Origin: Nostoc sp. NMS8
Lineage (GTDB): Bacteria; Cyanobacteriota; Cyanobacteriia; Cyanobacteriales; Nostocaceae
Direction: 5' to 3'
NCBI RefSeq assembly: GCF_017115045.1
Contig: NZ_JABXKK010000105.1
Location: 30,253-94,252 of the forward strand
DNA: 64,000 nucleotides
Below the pieces are notes generated by a model. The model did not search any database, was not told the DNA's origin, and saw only the letters and a list, made by a program, of their open reading frames with translations. The position numbers and the translations under genes were made by a program. Shown piece after piece: positions 19,315 through 27,490 of the stretch (position 1 is its first letter; each line of letters starts with the position of its first letter).

Positions 19315-19376
19315 ACTGAGTAATGAGTAATGAGTAATGAGTGCTGAGTAAAAATACTAGTCCCCAGTCCCCAGTC
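19315..19376. repeat. Two adjoining STRR arrays (GAGTAAT units, then CCCCAGT units) between convergent genes
   Basis: actgagtaatgagtaatgagtaatgagtgctgagta ... agtccccagtccccagtc. Confidence 0.8.
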
Positions 19377-19432
19377 ATTTTCATTCAAGGCTGTGAAACT
19401 TGTTTCATCAGGACTGCCTTTGTTGATAACAA

Positions 19433-21730
19433 TTACAAATTACGCCCAGCGGCAACTTGGTATAGTGATTGGATCGTTAGTCCATCACTGGGATATTCAA
19501 CTACAGCAAAATTACATGTTACCTGAAAGCGATCGCCATCGAAGGCTGTAAATATTTGCTGGCGGAGGGTAGTTAAAATGTCGTTAAGGCGATCGCTGAT
19601 TTCTGTTTTGGTTAACCCAGAAACTCCCATGACAAATTCACCATTACCCCAATAACCTAGCACTTCACCACTGCAAAATCCCAATTGAAATAAACGACTC
19701 CATCTTTGTAATACCTGGTTTCCAGCCTGATGACCATATTTAATATTAGTTTGCCGAAAATCAGTCACGCTTAAGATCGCCAAGCAAACAGATTGCTGAT
19801 TTTTCTCGGCTTGAGCAATTAGATGCTGCAAGTCGCGATTAGACTGAAACTGATTTGCTAGTCCGGTTAAAGAATCTTTGCTAGAAAGAGACTGTAGTAA
19901 ACGGCTGCGTTCTAAGCGATGGGTAATGCGTGTCAACAATTCTGCCCCAACAACAGGTTTAACCACATAATCATCGGCCCCAACAGCAAACACTTGCTGC
20001 ACAGTTTCCATCTCTCGGTGAGCAGTCAGAAACACAATTGGTAATTCCTGCCATCGGGGATCGGTACGAACTGCTTGGCAAAGTTCGATACCAGTTACAT
20101 GAGGCATTTCTACATCCAAAATCAACAAATCTGGTGCAGTAGATTGCAGTATTTCCCAGAAACGTAGCGGATTCTCTAATCCGGTCATTCGTATACCCCA
20201 AGGTTCTAACATTGGGCGCAGTGTTGCTAAAATTAGTGGGTCGTCATCTACTGCTAGTATATTTAGCCGTAAAGAACGAGTACGTTGTAATAGTTGAGAC
20301 GAAACATCCCAAACCTGAGCAGCTGTTACAGGCTTAACTAGAAAACCCCGCGCCCCGTACTGAGCGAAAGTTACCCGTTCTACTAACTCATCAGTGGCAG
20401 CCAGCACGAGAACGGGTACGGGTGGGGTACGTGTTGCTAAGTCCGAAAGTAATGCCAAGCTTTCTTTGCGCCACCCGGCATCATCGACATTTAAGACTAC
20501 TAAATCGGGTGATGTGGTTTGTAGAAAGTTTTTTGCTTCTTCTAAGTTGGAGATTTGCTGCCAGCCCTCAACCAGTTGTTGCAGCTGATCGCCTAGTTGC
20601 GGATTAGGGTCAACTAATATCAATCGAGTACTAATTTCGGTTGCGATCGCACTCGAAATCTGATTATCTGCATTTTGCCCCATCAGATTGATTAAGGTAC
20701 CCAAATCTTCAATCAACGACAGCAATTGCCGCTTTTCACCTGCGGAGAAATCACCATCTTTACCTAAAATTTGTTCAATCTTCCGCGCTATTTGAGTGCC
20801 ATTGTCTTGCTCAAACATTCCCAAGACACCAGCTAGTTTGTGCGCCTCTCGTTCTGCCGATTGCCGCAATTCTTTAGTCAGCGTTTTACTTGATAATGCT
20901 GCTGCTAATTCTTGCAATACCGTCAATCGCTGCACCATCAAGCCCTGATATTGCTGCCACAAACCGCCCATCGCTTGCTTAAACTGCTGTTCAACATCAC
21001 GATTAGGGATTTGAGATTTTTCTTTTTCCCCCTGCTCTCTGCGCCCTGCTCCCTCTACTATTCCAGGATTCAGCCGATATCCCAAACCATAAACATTTTC
21101 AATCCAGTCTACTGCTCCAGCAGCTTTCAACTTTTGTCGTAAGTATTTAATGTGTGATTTTACAGTCTCCTCTTGGGGTGGATCGTCAAAAGTCCACAGG
21201 TGTTCAATGATATCCCCCCGACTAAAAACACGCGATGGATTCCGTAGAAATAGCTCTAGCAAGCTGTATTCTTTGGCTGTTAATTCTAACAATTTGTTGT
21301 TATATTTAACCTCGCAACTACTGGGGTCTAGTCGTAGTGCGCCTACTTCCAGTATTGGGGTACGGGGGCGATCGCCCCGACGGATTAGTGCCCGTATCCG
21401 TGCTTGCAGTTCTTCCAAATCTAAAGGTTTAATCAGATAATCGTCTGCACCTGCATCGAGTCCCTGAATGCGCTCTCTATTACCATCTTTCGCCGTCATC
21501 AGCAAAATGGGAGTGAAACAACCACCAGAACGCAATCGCTGACACAATGTAATACCGTCCAGTTTCGGAAGTCCAACATCTATTAGGAGCAAGTCGTAGT
21601 TAGTACTTTGCGTGTATTCCCAACCCATTTGTCCGTCTTGTACTACATCAACAACATAGTGTTGTTTAGTAAGCGACTTCAACAAGACACTTGCTAAAAC
21701 CTCTTCATCTTCGATTAGCAAGATTCTCAT
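19433..21730 (-). CDS. Multi-domain response regulator: REC, OmpR-type winged helix, HPt, REC-like, REC, degenerate GGDEF
   Basis: REC1 MRILLIEDEE..DLLLIDVGLPKLDG..KP. wHTH LTAKEYSLLELFLRNPSRVFSR..VYGLGYRL. HPt AEREAHKLAGVLGMFEQDNGTQIARKIE. REC3 ILAVDDDPL..DLLILDVEMPHVTG..VVKP. The GGDEF-like domain DSLTGLANQ.. has GNGEF in place of GGDEF. Confidence 0.85.
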   Translation of the reverse strand: MRILLIEDEEVLASVLLKSLTKQHYVVDVVQDGQMGWEYTQSTNYDLLLIDVGLPKLDGITLCQRLRSGGCFTPILLMTAKDGNRERIQGLDAGADDYLIKPLDLEELQARIRALIRRGDRPRTPILEVGALRLDPSSCEVKYNNKLLELTAKEYSLLELFLRNPSRVFSRGDIIEHLWTFDDPPQEETVKSHIKYLRQKLKAAGAVDWIENVYGLGYRLNPGIVEGAGRREQGEKEKSQIPNRDVEQQFKQAMGGLWQQYQGLMVQRLTVLQELAAALSSKTLTKELRQSAEREAHKLAGVLGMFEQDNGTQIARKIEQILGKDGDFSAGEKRQLLSLIEDLGTLINLMGQNADNQISSAIATEISTRLILVDPNPQLGDQLQQLVEGWQQISNLEEAKNFLQTTSPDLVVLNVDDAGWRKESLALLSDLATRTPPVPVLVLAATDELVERVTFAQYGARGFLVKPVTAAQVWDVSSQLLQRTRSLRLNILAVDDDPLILATLRPMLEPWGIRMTGLENPLRFWEILQSTAPDLLILDVEMPHVTGIELCQAVRTDPRWQELPIVFLTAHREMETVQQVFAVGADDYVVKPVVGAELLTRITHRLERSRLLQSLSSKDSLTGLANQFQSNRDLQHLIAQAEKNQQSVCLAILSVTDFRQTNIKYGHQAGNQVLQRWSRLFQLGFCSGEVLGYWGNGEFVMGVSGLTKTEISDRLNDILTTLRQQIFTAFDGDRFQVTCNFAVVEYPSDGLTIQSLYQVAAGRNL

Positions 21731-21957
21731 CTCACCCGTCCAAAATATAATTTGCTACTTCACCCAAAAAAATAGTACAGTAGGTGGTTATTTTTCTACA
21801 AGAAAAAGATATCAGAAGTTAGCTGGTTCCAGGAATTGTGTAAAGTTGTGTAAAATAATTCCCTTAACCTAATGTTAAAACCCTTCATCCAAAGGAAGGT
21901 TTTGAACCCTAAACTTTCAGTTACCCTGAAGTTGATATATAAAAGAGCAATTTTCAA

Positions 21958-22428
21958 ATGACCATTTACTTTTATAAGGTTTGGCAGCCTTATGGCTGTT
22001 TTTCTAACTTTTCTCCCCACAGAATCCACATCGAGGGTACTTATTGGTCAACGGTTGAGCATTACTATCAAGCACAAAAGTTTGTCGGCAGCACAGATGC
22101 AGCAATTATACCCCTCATCCATGCCGCTACCACCCCAGAAGAAGCTGCCATTTTGGGAAGATGTAGCACTCGCCAACTCCGTCAAGACTGGAATTTGGTC
22201 AAAACTCAAATTATGCGAGAAGCTGTACTCAAAAAGTTTCTTACTCATACTGATATTAGAGAAGTTCTCTTGAAAACAGGTGATGAGATTTTGGTGGAAA
22301 ACTCCCCAACCGATTCTTTTTGGGGCTGTGGTGCTAATCAAGCCGGTCAAAACTATCTCGGTAAAACTCTCATGAGTGTGCGTGAAGAAATTCGTAATTT
22401 ACTATCTTTAACGGTAATTTACGAATAG
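21958..22428 (+). CDS. NADAR (YbiA/DUF1768) family protein
   Basis: FYKVWQPYGCFSNFSPHRIHIEGTYWSTVEHYYQAQKF and NSPTDSFWGCG match the family signature as I remember it. Confidence 0.7.
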   Translation: MTIYFYKVWQPYGCFSNFSPHRIHIEGTYWSTVEHYYQAQKFVGSTDAAIIPLIHAATTPEEAAILGRCSTRQLRQDWNLVKTQIMREAVLKKFLTHTDIREVLLKTGDEILVENSPTDSFWGCGANQAGQNYLGKTLMSVREEIRNLLSLTVIYE

Positions 22429-22967
22429 TTTAATCAAAATAGTTACATTCAATATAAAGTCAGCAATTAAACGGGGAATATAGAAATTCCCCAGTCAAAA
22501 ATATTTGAAAAAGTTACCACTAATTTAGTAAGTGATTTGAAAAAATCTTAATTAATTGAATTCATGGGCAAAAATGATCAAAAATATTTTTAATTTCACT
22601 AAATTATTTAGGCACTAATTTAAGTGAAATTACTGGAATAGTTTAATGGGTGAGAATATAAAATTAATAAGTGTCAATGATTAAACATTTTCTGAACTTT
22701 AGATTTGAGATGATACTTAAAAGTCTTTAATGATACAGCGTTTTGATATCTCTTTAAATCCACTTGTATAAGGGCTACAGGGATCAAGCAAAATATCTGA
22801 TGCTTTTCAAATATCCTCTGATCCATTTCCAAAAGTATCTACAATAAATGAGTGTACGCCTCTAGCAATACATTTTTAGTAGAAAGTTTTGGAAATATGG
22901 TGAAAATCAAAGCATTCTAAGTTAGAAATTATTATCATGGACAATTATATAAAAAATTATACTTCCA

Positions 22968-25739
22968 TTGTGGTGTATAGCAGTAATGACACTTAGCGAT
23001 AAACCAAACGGGTTGCAGCAAAGTTTAGACCAAGAAAGTTTACTGCATCGGATGACAAAACAGATCAGGCGATCGCTCGACCTTCAAGAAATATTAACGA
23101 CTACTGTGAGCGAAGTGCGTTTATTTTTGGGTGCAGATCGGGTAAAGGTATATCGCTTTGATGCTGATGGTAGTGGTGAAGTTATTGCTGAATCTATTTA
23201 TGAGCAACGTCTGCCGTCTTTATTGGGGTTACGCTTTCCAGTTCATGATATTCCAGAAGCCGCCAGAGAGATGTTTTTGTTACTTGGGCAACGCTCAATT
23301 GTGGATGTGGCAAATGAGAAGATTGGGCTATCGCCTCTACGGTCAGAAGAAACTGGTAAACGTCTAGAAACTAATATCTACTATCGGCAGGTAGACCCGT
23401 GCCATATTCAATACTTAAAGGCAATGGGGGTGCAGTCTTCATTAGTAGTGCCAATTTTACATTACGATCCACAAGAACAATCAGCAAAGGCGAAATTGTG
23501 GGGATTATTGGTATGTCACCACAGTAAACCGCGAGAGATTTTGAAGCGGGAACTAAAAGTATTGCAGCCAATTGCTGATCAGGTAACGATCGCGATCGCT
23601 CAAAGTAATCTACTCACCACAGCCCGCGCCAAACAAGAGCGAGAAGCTACTATTAATCGAATTACCACACTATTGCACAAACTGCCGACAATCCAATTAC
23701 AGGGAGCGCTAGAAGAAGTTATTGCTGCCTTTAGTGGAGTCGGTGGCAGACTTTACATTGAACAGACTGGGGAACTATATACTTGGGGCGACCAACCGAC
23801 ACTTCCTTACGAATTAGATAACAGTATTCTCGAACAGCATCCCATCTGGCAAAACTGGATGGCTGACTGTAAACAAGGTAATATCTGGTCAACCCCTGAC
23901 CTATACAAAGAACCACGTTTACGAGTTTTGGCTTTAGCGTTTCGTTCTACTCAAATTCGCGGACTCATGGTGATTCCTCTACATTACCGTGAAAAATTTA
24001 TCGGTGTATTAAGTATTTTTCGCTCTGAATTTGAAACAGAAATCTTATGGGCGGGACAATGCGATCAAAATCGGCGACAACTATTACCCCAGGTTTCCTT
24101 TGATGTTTGGCGAGAACAAAAAAAGGGGCAAGCATCTGAGTGGAAGCCAGAAGAAATCTTATTGGCACAAGCCTTATATGAGCATTTCTCAATGGCAATT
24201 GAGCAACAGCAAATGTATAAACAGGTACAAGTCCTGAATGCCAACCTAGAACAGCGAGTGCAAGAGCAAACTGCTGAACTTGAAAAATCATTATTGTTTA
24301 CCAAAGTACTCAAGCAAGTTACAGAGCATATTCGCCGTACATTAGACTTACAGACAACCTTGCAAACTATCGTCCGGGAAGTCCGTTCCCTACTAAATTC
24401 CGACCGACTGCTGATTTTTGAACTGAAGACTAAATCGGTAATTGTGGAAGAGATTAATGGCGATTGGCAGTCAGTTATAGGAGTGAATGCACCACCAGAA
24501 TGCTTTCCTGATGAGTATACCCCTCTATACTTTCAGGGCCGGGTGCGGGCAATTAACAACGTTGCAGCTGCTTCTTTAAGAGATTGTCATCGAGAGTTTT
24601 TGGAGAGTCTGCAAGTGCAAGCAAACTTAATAGTTCCAATTAATATAGGTATGGAACTATGGGGTTTATTAATTGCCCATGAATGTGAGGCTCCTCGAAA
24701 TTGGCAGGATGCAGAAATTGATTTATTGCAACAGTTAGGAGATCAAGCTGCGATCGCCATTCAACAAGCACAACTCTACAAACAAACCTACGATGCTGAA
24801 ATTGAAGCTAGGAATCAAGCTGTTCAGGTAGAGCATACCCTACGTGAACTCCAAGAAACACAGACAAGATTGGTTCAGACCGAAAAAATGTCTGGCTTAG
24901 GACAGTTAATAGCAGGTATCGCTCACGAAATCAATAACCCCGTTAACTTTATTTACGGTAATCTCTGCCATGCCAGTGACTACACCGAACAACTTCTAGA
25001 AATTTTACGTCTCTACCGACTACACTATCCCCATCCCCATCGTGAAATTAGCGCCGCGATCGAAGCGATCGATTTTGAATTTTTGATAGAAGACCTCCCC
25101 AAAATCCTGACATCAATGCAAGTAGGAAGCGATCGCATCCGTTCAATAGTGTTGTCATTACGTAATTTTTCTCGCTTAGATGAGGCTGAAAACAAGCGCG
25201 TAGATATTCACGAAGGTCTTGACAACACCTTATTAATTTTGCAACATCGGCTAAAAGGAAGCGCTGGATCTCCACGCATTGAGATAATCAAAGACTATGG
25301 CAACATTCCACGGGTAGAATGCTATGCCGGTCAAATGAATCAGGTATTCATGAATATTTTCAGCAATGCCATAGATGCTTTGGGAGTGGCGAGTCGCAAG
25401 TGGGAAGCAGGGAATAGGGATGAGGGAGATGAGGAGAATAACTCATGCCCAATTCCAACTATTCAGATTTCTACTAAAGCCTCAGCAGACAACTTGCGTC
25501 TGTTGATTCGTATTAGTGACAATGGGCCTGGAATGACTGAAGAGGTGAAAAAGCGAATTTTTGACCCGTTTTACACTACCAAACCCGTAGGTAAGGGTAC
25601 AGGTTTGGGACTGTCAATTAGCTATCAGATTATCGTCGAAAAACATGGGGGAATAATGGAGTGCATTTCAGAACTAGGCAAAGGTACAGAGTTCTGGATT
25701 GAGATTCCCATTAAGCCTCCAGCCAAAATAGTTAACTAA
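22968..25739 (+). CDS. Knotless (Cph2-type) phytochrome-like photoreceptor histidine kinase: bilin-type GAF, PHY, CBCR-like GAF, HisKA, HATPase
   Basis: GAF1 has RFPVHDIPEAAREMF (DIP motif) and DPCHIQYLKAMGVQSSLVVPI..LWGLLVCHHSKPR (compare Cph1 HCHLTYLKNMGVGASL..LWGLIACHHQTPK). The PHY tongue has LWAG and PQVSFDVWREQKKGQASEWKPEEI (compare Cph1 NWGG, PRQSFDLWKE..LPWQSVEI). GAF3 has ECF and DCHREFLESLQVQANLIVPI..LWGLLIAHECEAPRNW. H-box AHEINNPVNFI, G-boxes DNGPGM and GTGLGLSI. The true start may be ATG 22986 (MTLSDK). Confidence 0.85.
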   Translation: MWCIAVMTLSDKPNGLQQSLDQESLLHRMTKQIRRSLDLQEILTTTVSEVRLFLGADRVKVYRFDADGSGEVIAESIYEQRLPSLLGLRFPVHDIPEAAREMFLLLGQRSIVDVANEKIGLSPLRSEETGKRLETNIYYRQVDPCHIQYLKAMGVQSSLVVPILHYDPQEQSAKAKLWGLLVCHHSKPREILKRELKVLQPIADQVTIAIAQSNLLTTARAKQEREATINRITTLLHKLPTIQLQGALEEVIAAFSGVGGRLYIEQTGELYTWGDQPTLPYELDNSILEQHPIWQNWMADCKQGNIWSTPDLYKEPRLRVLALAFRSTQIRGLMVIPLHYREKFIGVLSIFRSEFETEILWAGQCDQNRRQLLPQVSFDVWREQKKGQASEWKPEEILLAQALYEHFSMAIEQQQMYKQVQVLNANLEQRVQEQTAELEKSLLFTKVLKQVTEHIRRTLDLQTTLQTIVREVRSLLNSDRLLIFELKTKSVIVEEINGDWQSVIGVNAPPECFPDEYTPLYFQGRVRAINNVAAASLRDCHREFLESLQVQANLIVPINIGMELWGLLIAHECEAPRNWQDAEIDLLQQLGDQAAIAIQQAQLYKQTYDAEIEARNQAVQVEHTLRELQETQTRLVQTEKMSGLGQLIAGIAHEINNPVNFIYGNLCHASDYTEQLLEILRLYRLHYPHPHREISAAIEAIDFEFLIEDLPKILTSMQVGSDRIRSIVLSLRNFSRLDEAENKRVDIHEGLDNTLLILQHRLKGSAGSPRIEIIKDYGNIPRVECYAGQMNQVFMNIFSNAIDALGVASRKWEAGNRDEGDEENNSCPIPTIQISTKASADNLRLLIRISDNGPGMTEEVKKRIFDPFYTTKPVGKGTGLGLSISYQIIVEKHGGIMECISELGKGTEFWIEIPIKPPAKIVN

Positions 25740-25992
25740 AGGTAGAGGAGGTAGGGGCACAGGGCATTGGTGTCAACTTAAGCAAAAGATGTAATCAATG
25801 TTATTAATAGCAATAATTCAATAAATATACTTAGGATTTTAAAGTATAACTATAAAGCTTAAGTGTTTATAATGATTTTTTTAAGCATTGAAATAATTGA
25901 GTAAAAAATCATCTTCAGGTAATGACGATCATTGATTACAAGTATTAACCTGTGAATATGCAGATTAATGAAAATATCAAAAAATAAGCAAC

Positions 25993-26940
25993 ATGGCTAA
26001 AATTATTATTACTGGAGCCGCTGGCTTTATTGGCTCTCATCTTGCAGAAACATTGCTGCAACAAGGGGAAGAAGTGATCGGGATTGATGAATTCAATGAT
26101 TACTACGATCCGATGTTAAAGTTTAAAAATATTGCACACTTGCATCAGTCACCTGGCTTTACTTTAATTGAAGGAGATATGCAGTTTTTAGATTGGCAGC
26201 AACTCCTAAAAGATGTTGATGTAGTTTACCATCAAGCAGCCCAAGCAGGTGTTAGAGCAAGTTGGGGTAAATCTTTTCGAGGTTATACAGAACGAAATAT
26301 TAATGCTACACAAGTTTTGCTAGAAGCAGCTAAGGATGCTAAACACCTGAAAAGGTTGGTGTTTGCTTCTTCATCAAGTGTATATGGTGATGCGGAAACA
26401 TTACCTACCCATGAGAGAATTTGTCCTCAACCAGTTTCTCCTTACGGCATTACGAAGCTAGCAGCGGAGTTTTTATGTGAAGTGTATCACAAAAACTTTG
26501 GCGTACCCTGTGTGGCATTGCGTTATTTCACAGTTTATGGCCCTAAACAGCGCCCAGATATGGCATTTAATAAGTTTTTTAAATCCATTTTGCAAGATGA
26601 GGCGATTCCTATTTACGGCGATGGGCAGCAAACGCGGGAGTTTACCTTTGTTAGTGATATCATTGCCGCTAATTTAGCAGCCGCCATCGCACCCGAAGCC
26701 GTGGGAGAAATCTTTAATATCGGTGGTGGTAGCAGAGTAGTTTTAGCAGAAGTTTTAGATACGATTGAAGAAATTGTCGGGAAACCAATTAAAAGAAACC
26801 ACATAGAAAAGGCGATGGGAGACGCCCGCCACACGGCTGCTGATGTATCTAAAGCGCAGAAACTCCTGGGATATCAGCCGCAAGTTTCCCTAAGAGAGGG
26901 TTTGACACGGGAATGGGAGTGGATTAAGTCGTTGTATTAA
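25993..26940 (+). CDS. NAD-dependent sugar-nucleotide epimerase/dehydratase (extended SDR)
   Basis: IIITGAAGFIGSHLAE and the catalytic SPYGITKLAAE (YxxxK). Confidence 0.8.
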   Translation: MAKIIITGAAGFIGSHLAETLLQQGEEVIGIDEFNDYYDPMLKFKNIAHLHQSPGFTLIEGDMQFLDWQQLLKDVDVVYHQAAQAGVRASWGKSFRGYTERNINATQVLLEAAKDAKHLKRLVFASSSSVYGDAETLPTHERICPQPVSPYGITKLAAEFLCEVYHKNFGVPCVALRYFTVYGPKQRPDMAFNKFFKSILQDEAIPIYGDGQQTREFTFVSDIIAANLAAAIAPEAVGEIFNIGGGSRVVLAEVLDTIEEIVGKPIKRNHIEKAMGDARHTAADVSKAQKLLGYQPQVSLREGLTREWEWIKSLY

Positions 26941-27119
26941 CTTTAGACAACTAGGGATTGGGTTTTAGGTTTTATCTCACAGTCAAGCAGGCTTTGGTGT
27001 TGGGCCGTTTCAGCAAAAGTTAGACATTACGATATCCTCACAAAACATTCCTGATAATTACTGGTTCCAAAAATCACTTCGGTACAGGAAGCTAGAGGAG
27101 GTAAATTTTTTCTGGATAT

Positions 27120-27422
27120 ATGAAATTAATCCAAATACTAAAGGTAGCTGTAATTCCTGTTTTGACTGTATTTAGCTTTGTATCTACATCCAATACAGCA
27201 CTAGCTGACTATTTAAATAGTCAGGGTTCAGGAGGTAATTACCGTTATGAATTATGGTCTACCGATGATAATAGTGGTTACTACTTGAAAATTTGGTCAT
27301 CTGAAGCAAGTCAAAACAGTGACGCACACTCCACAACTAGAGCATTTGCTTCTAGTAGGGAAGCTCTAATTTATTTTGATTGCAATTACGCTGAGAGAAG
27401 TTTACCAGAATGTCCGCGATGA
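27120..27422 (+). CDS. Small secreted hypothetical protein
   Basis: Signal-peptide-like MKLIQILKVAVIPVLTVFSFVSTSNTALA. 100 aa. Confidence 0.5.
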   Translation: MKLIQILKVAVIPVLTVFSFVSTSNTALADYLNSQGSGGNYRYELWSTDDNSGYYLKIWSSEASQNSDAHSTTRAFASSREALIYFDCNYAERSLPECPR

Positions 27423-27445
27423 GAATTGTGAACACCTCTCAGCAT

Positions 27446-27485
27446 AATTCGTAATTCGTAATTCTTTAATTACGAATTACGAATT
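27446..27485. terminator. Perfect 18-bp palindrome built from opposed STRR arrays; candidate bidirectional terminator between convergent genes
   Basis: aattcgtaattcgtaatt (27446-27463), loop cttt, then aattacgaattacgaatt (27468-27485). It lies between the stop of 27120..27422 and the stop of 27491..30019. Confidence 0.45.
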
Positions 27486-27490
27486 AGTAA

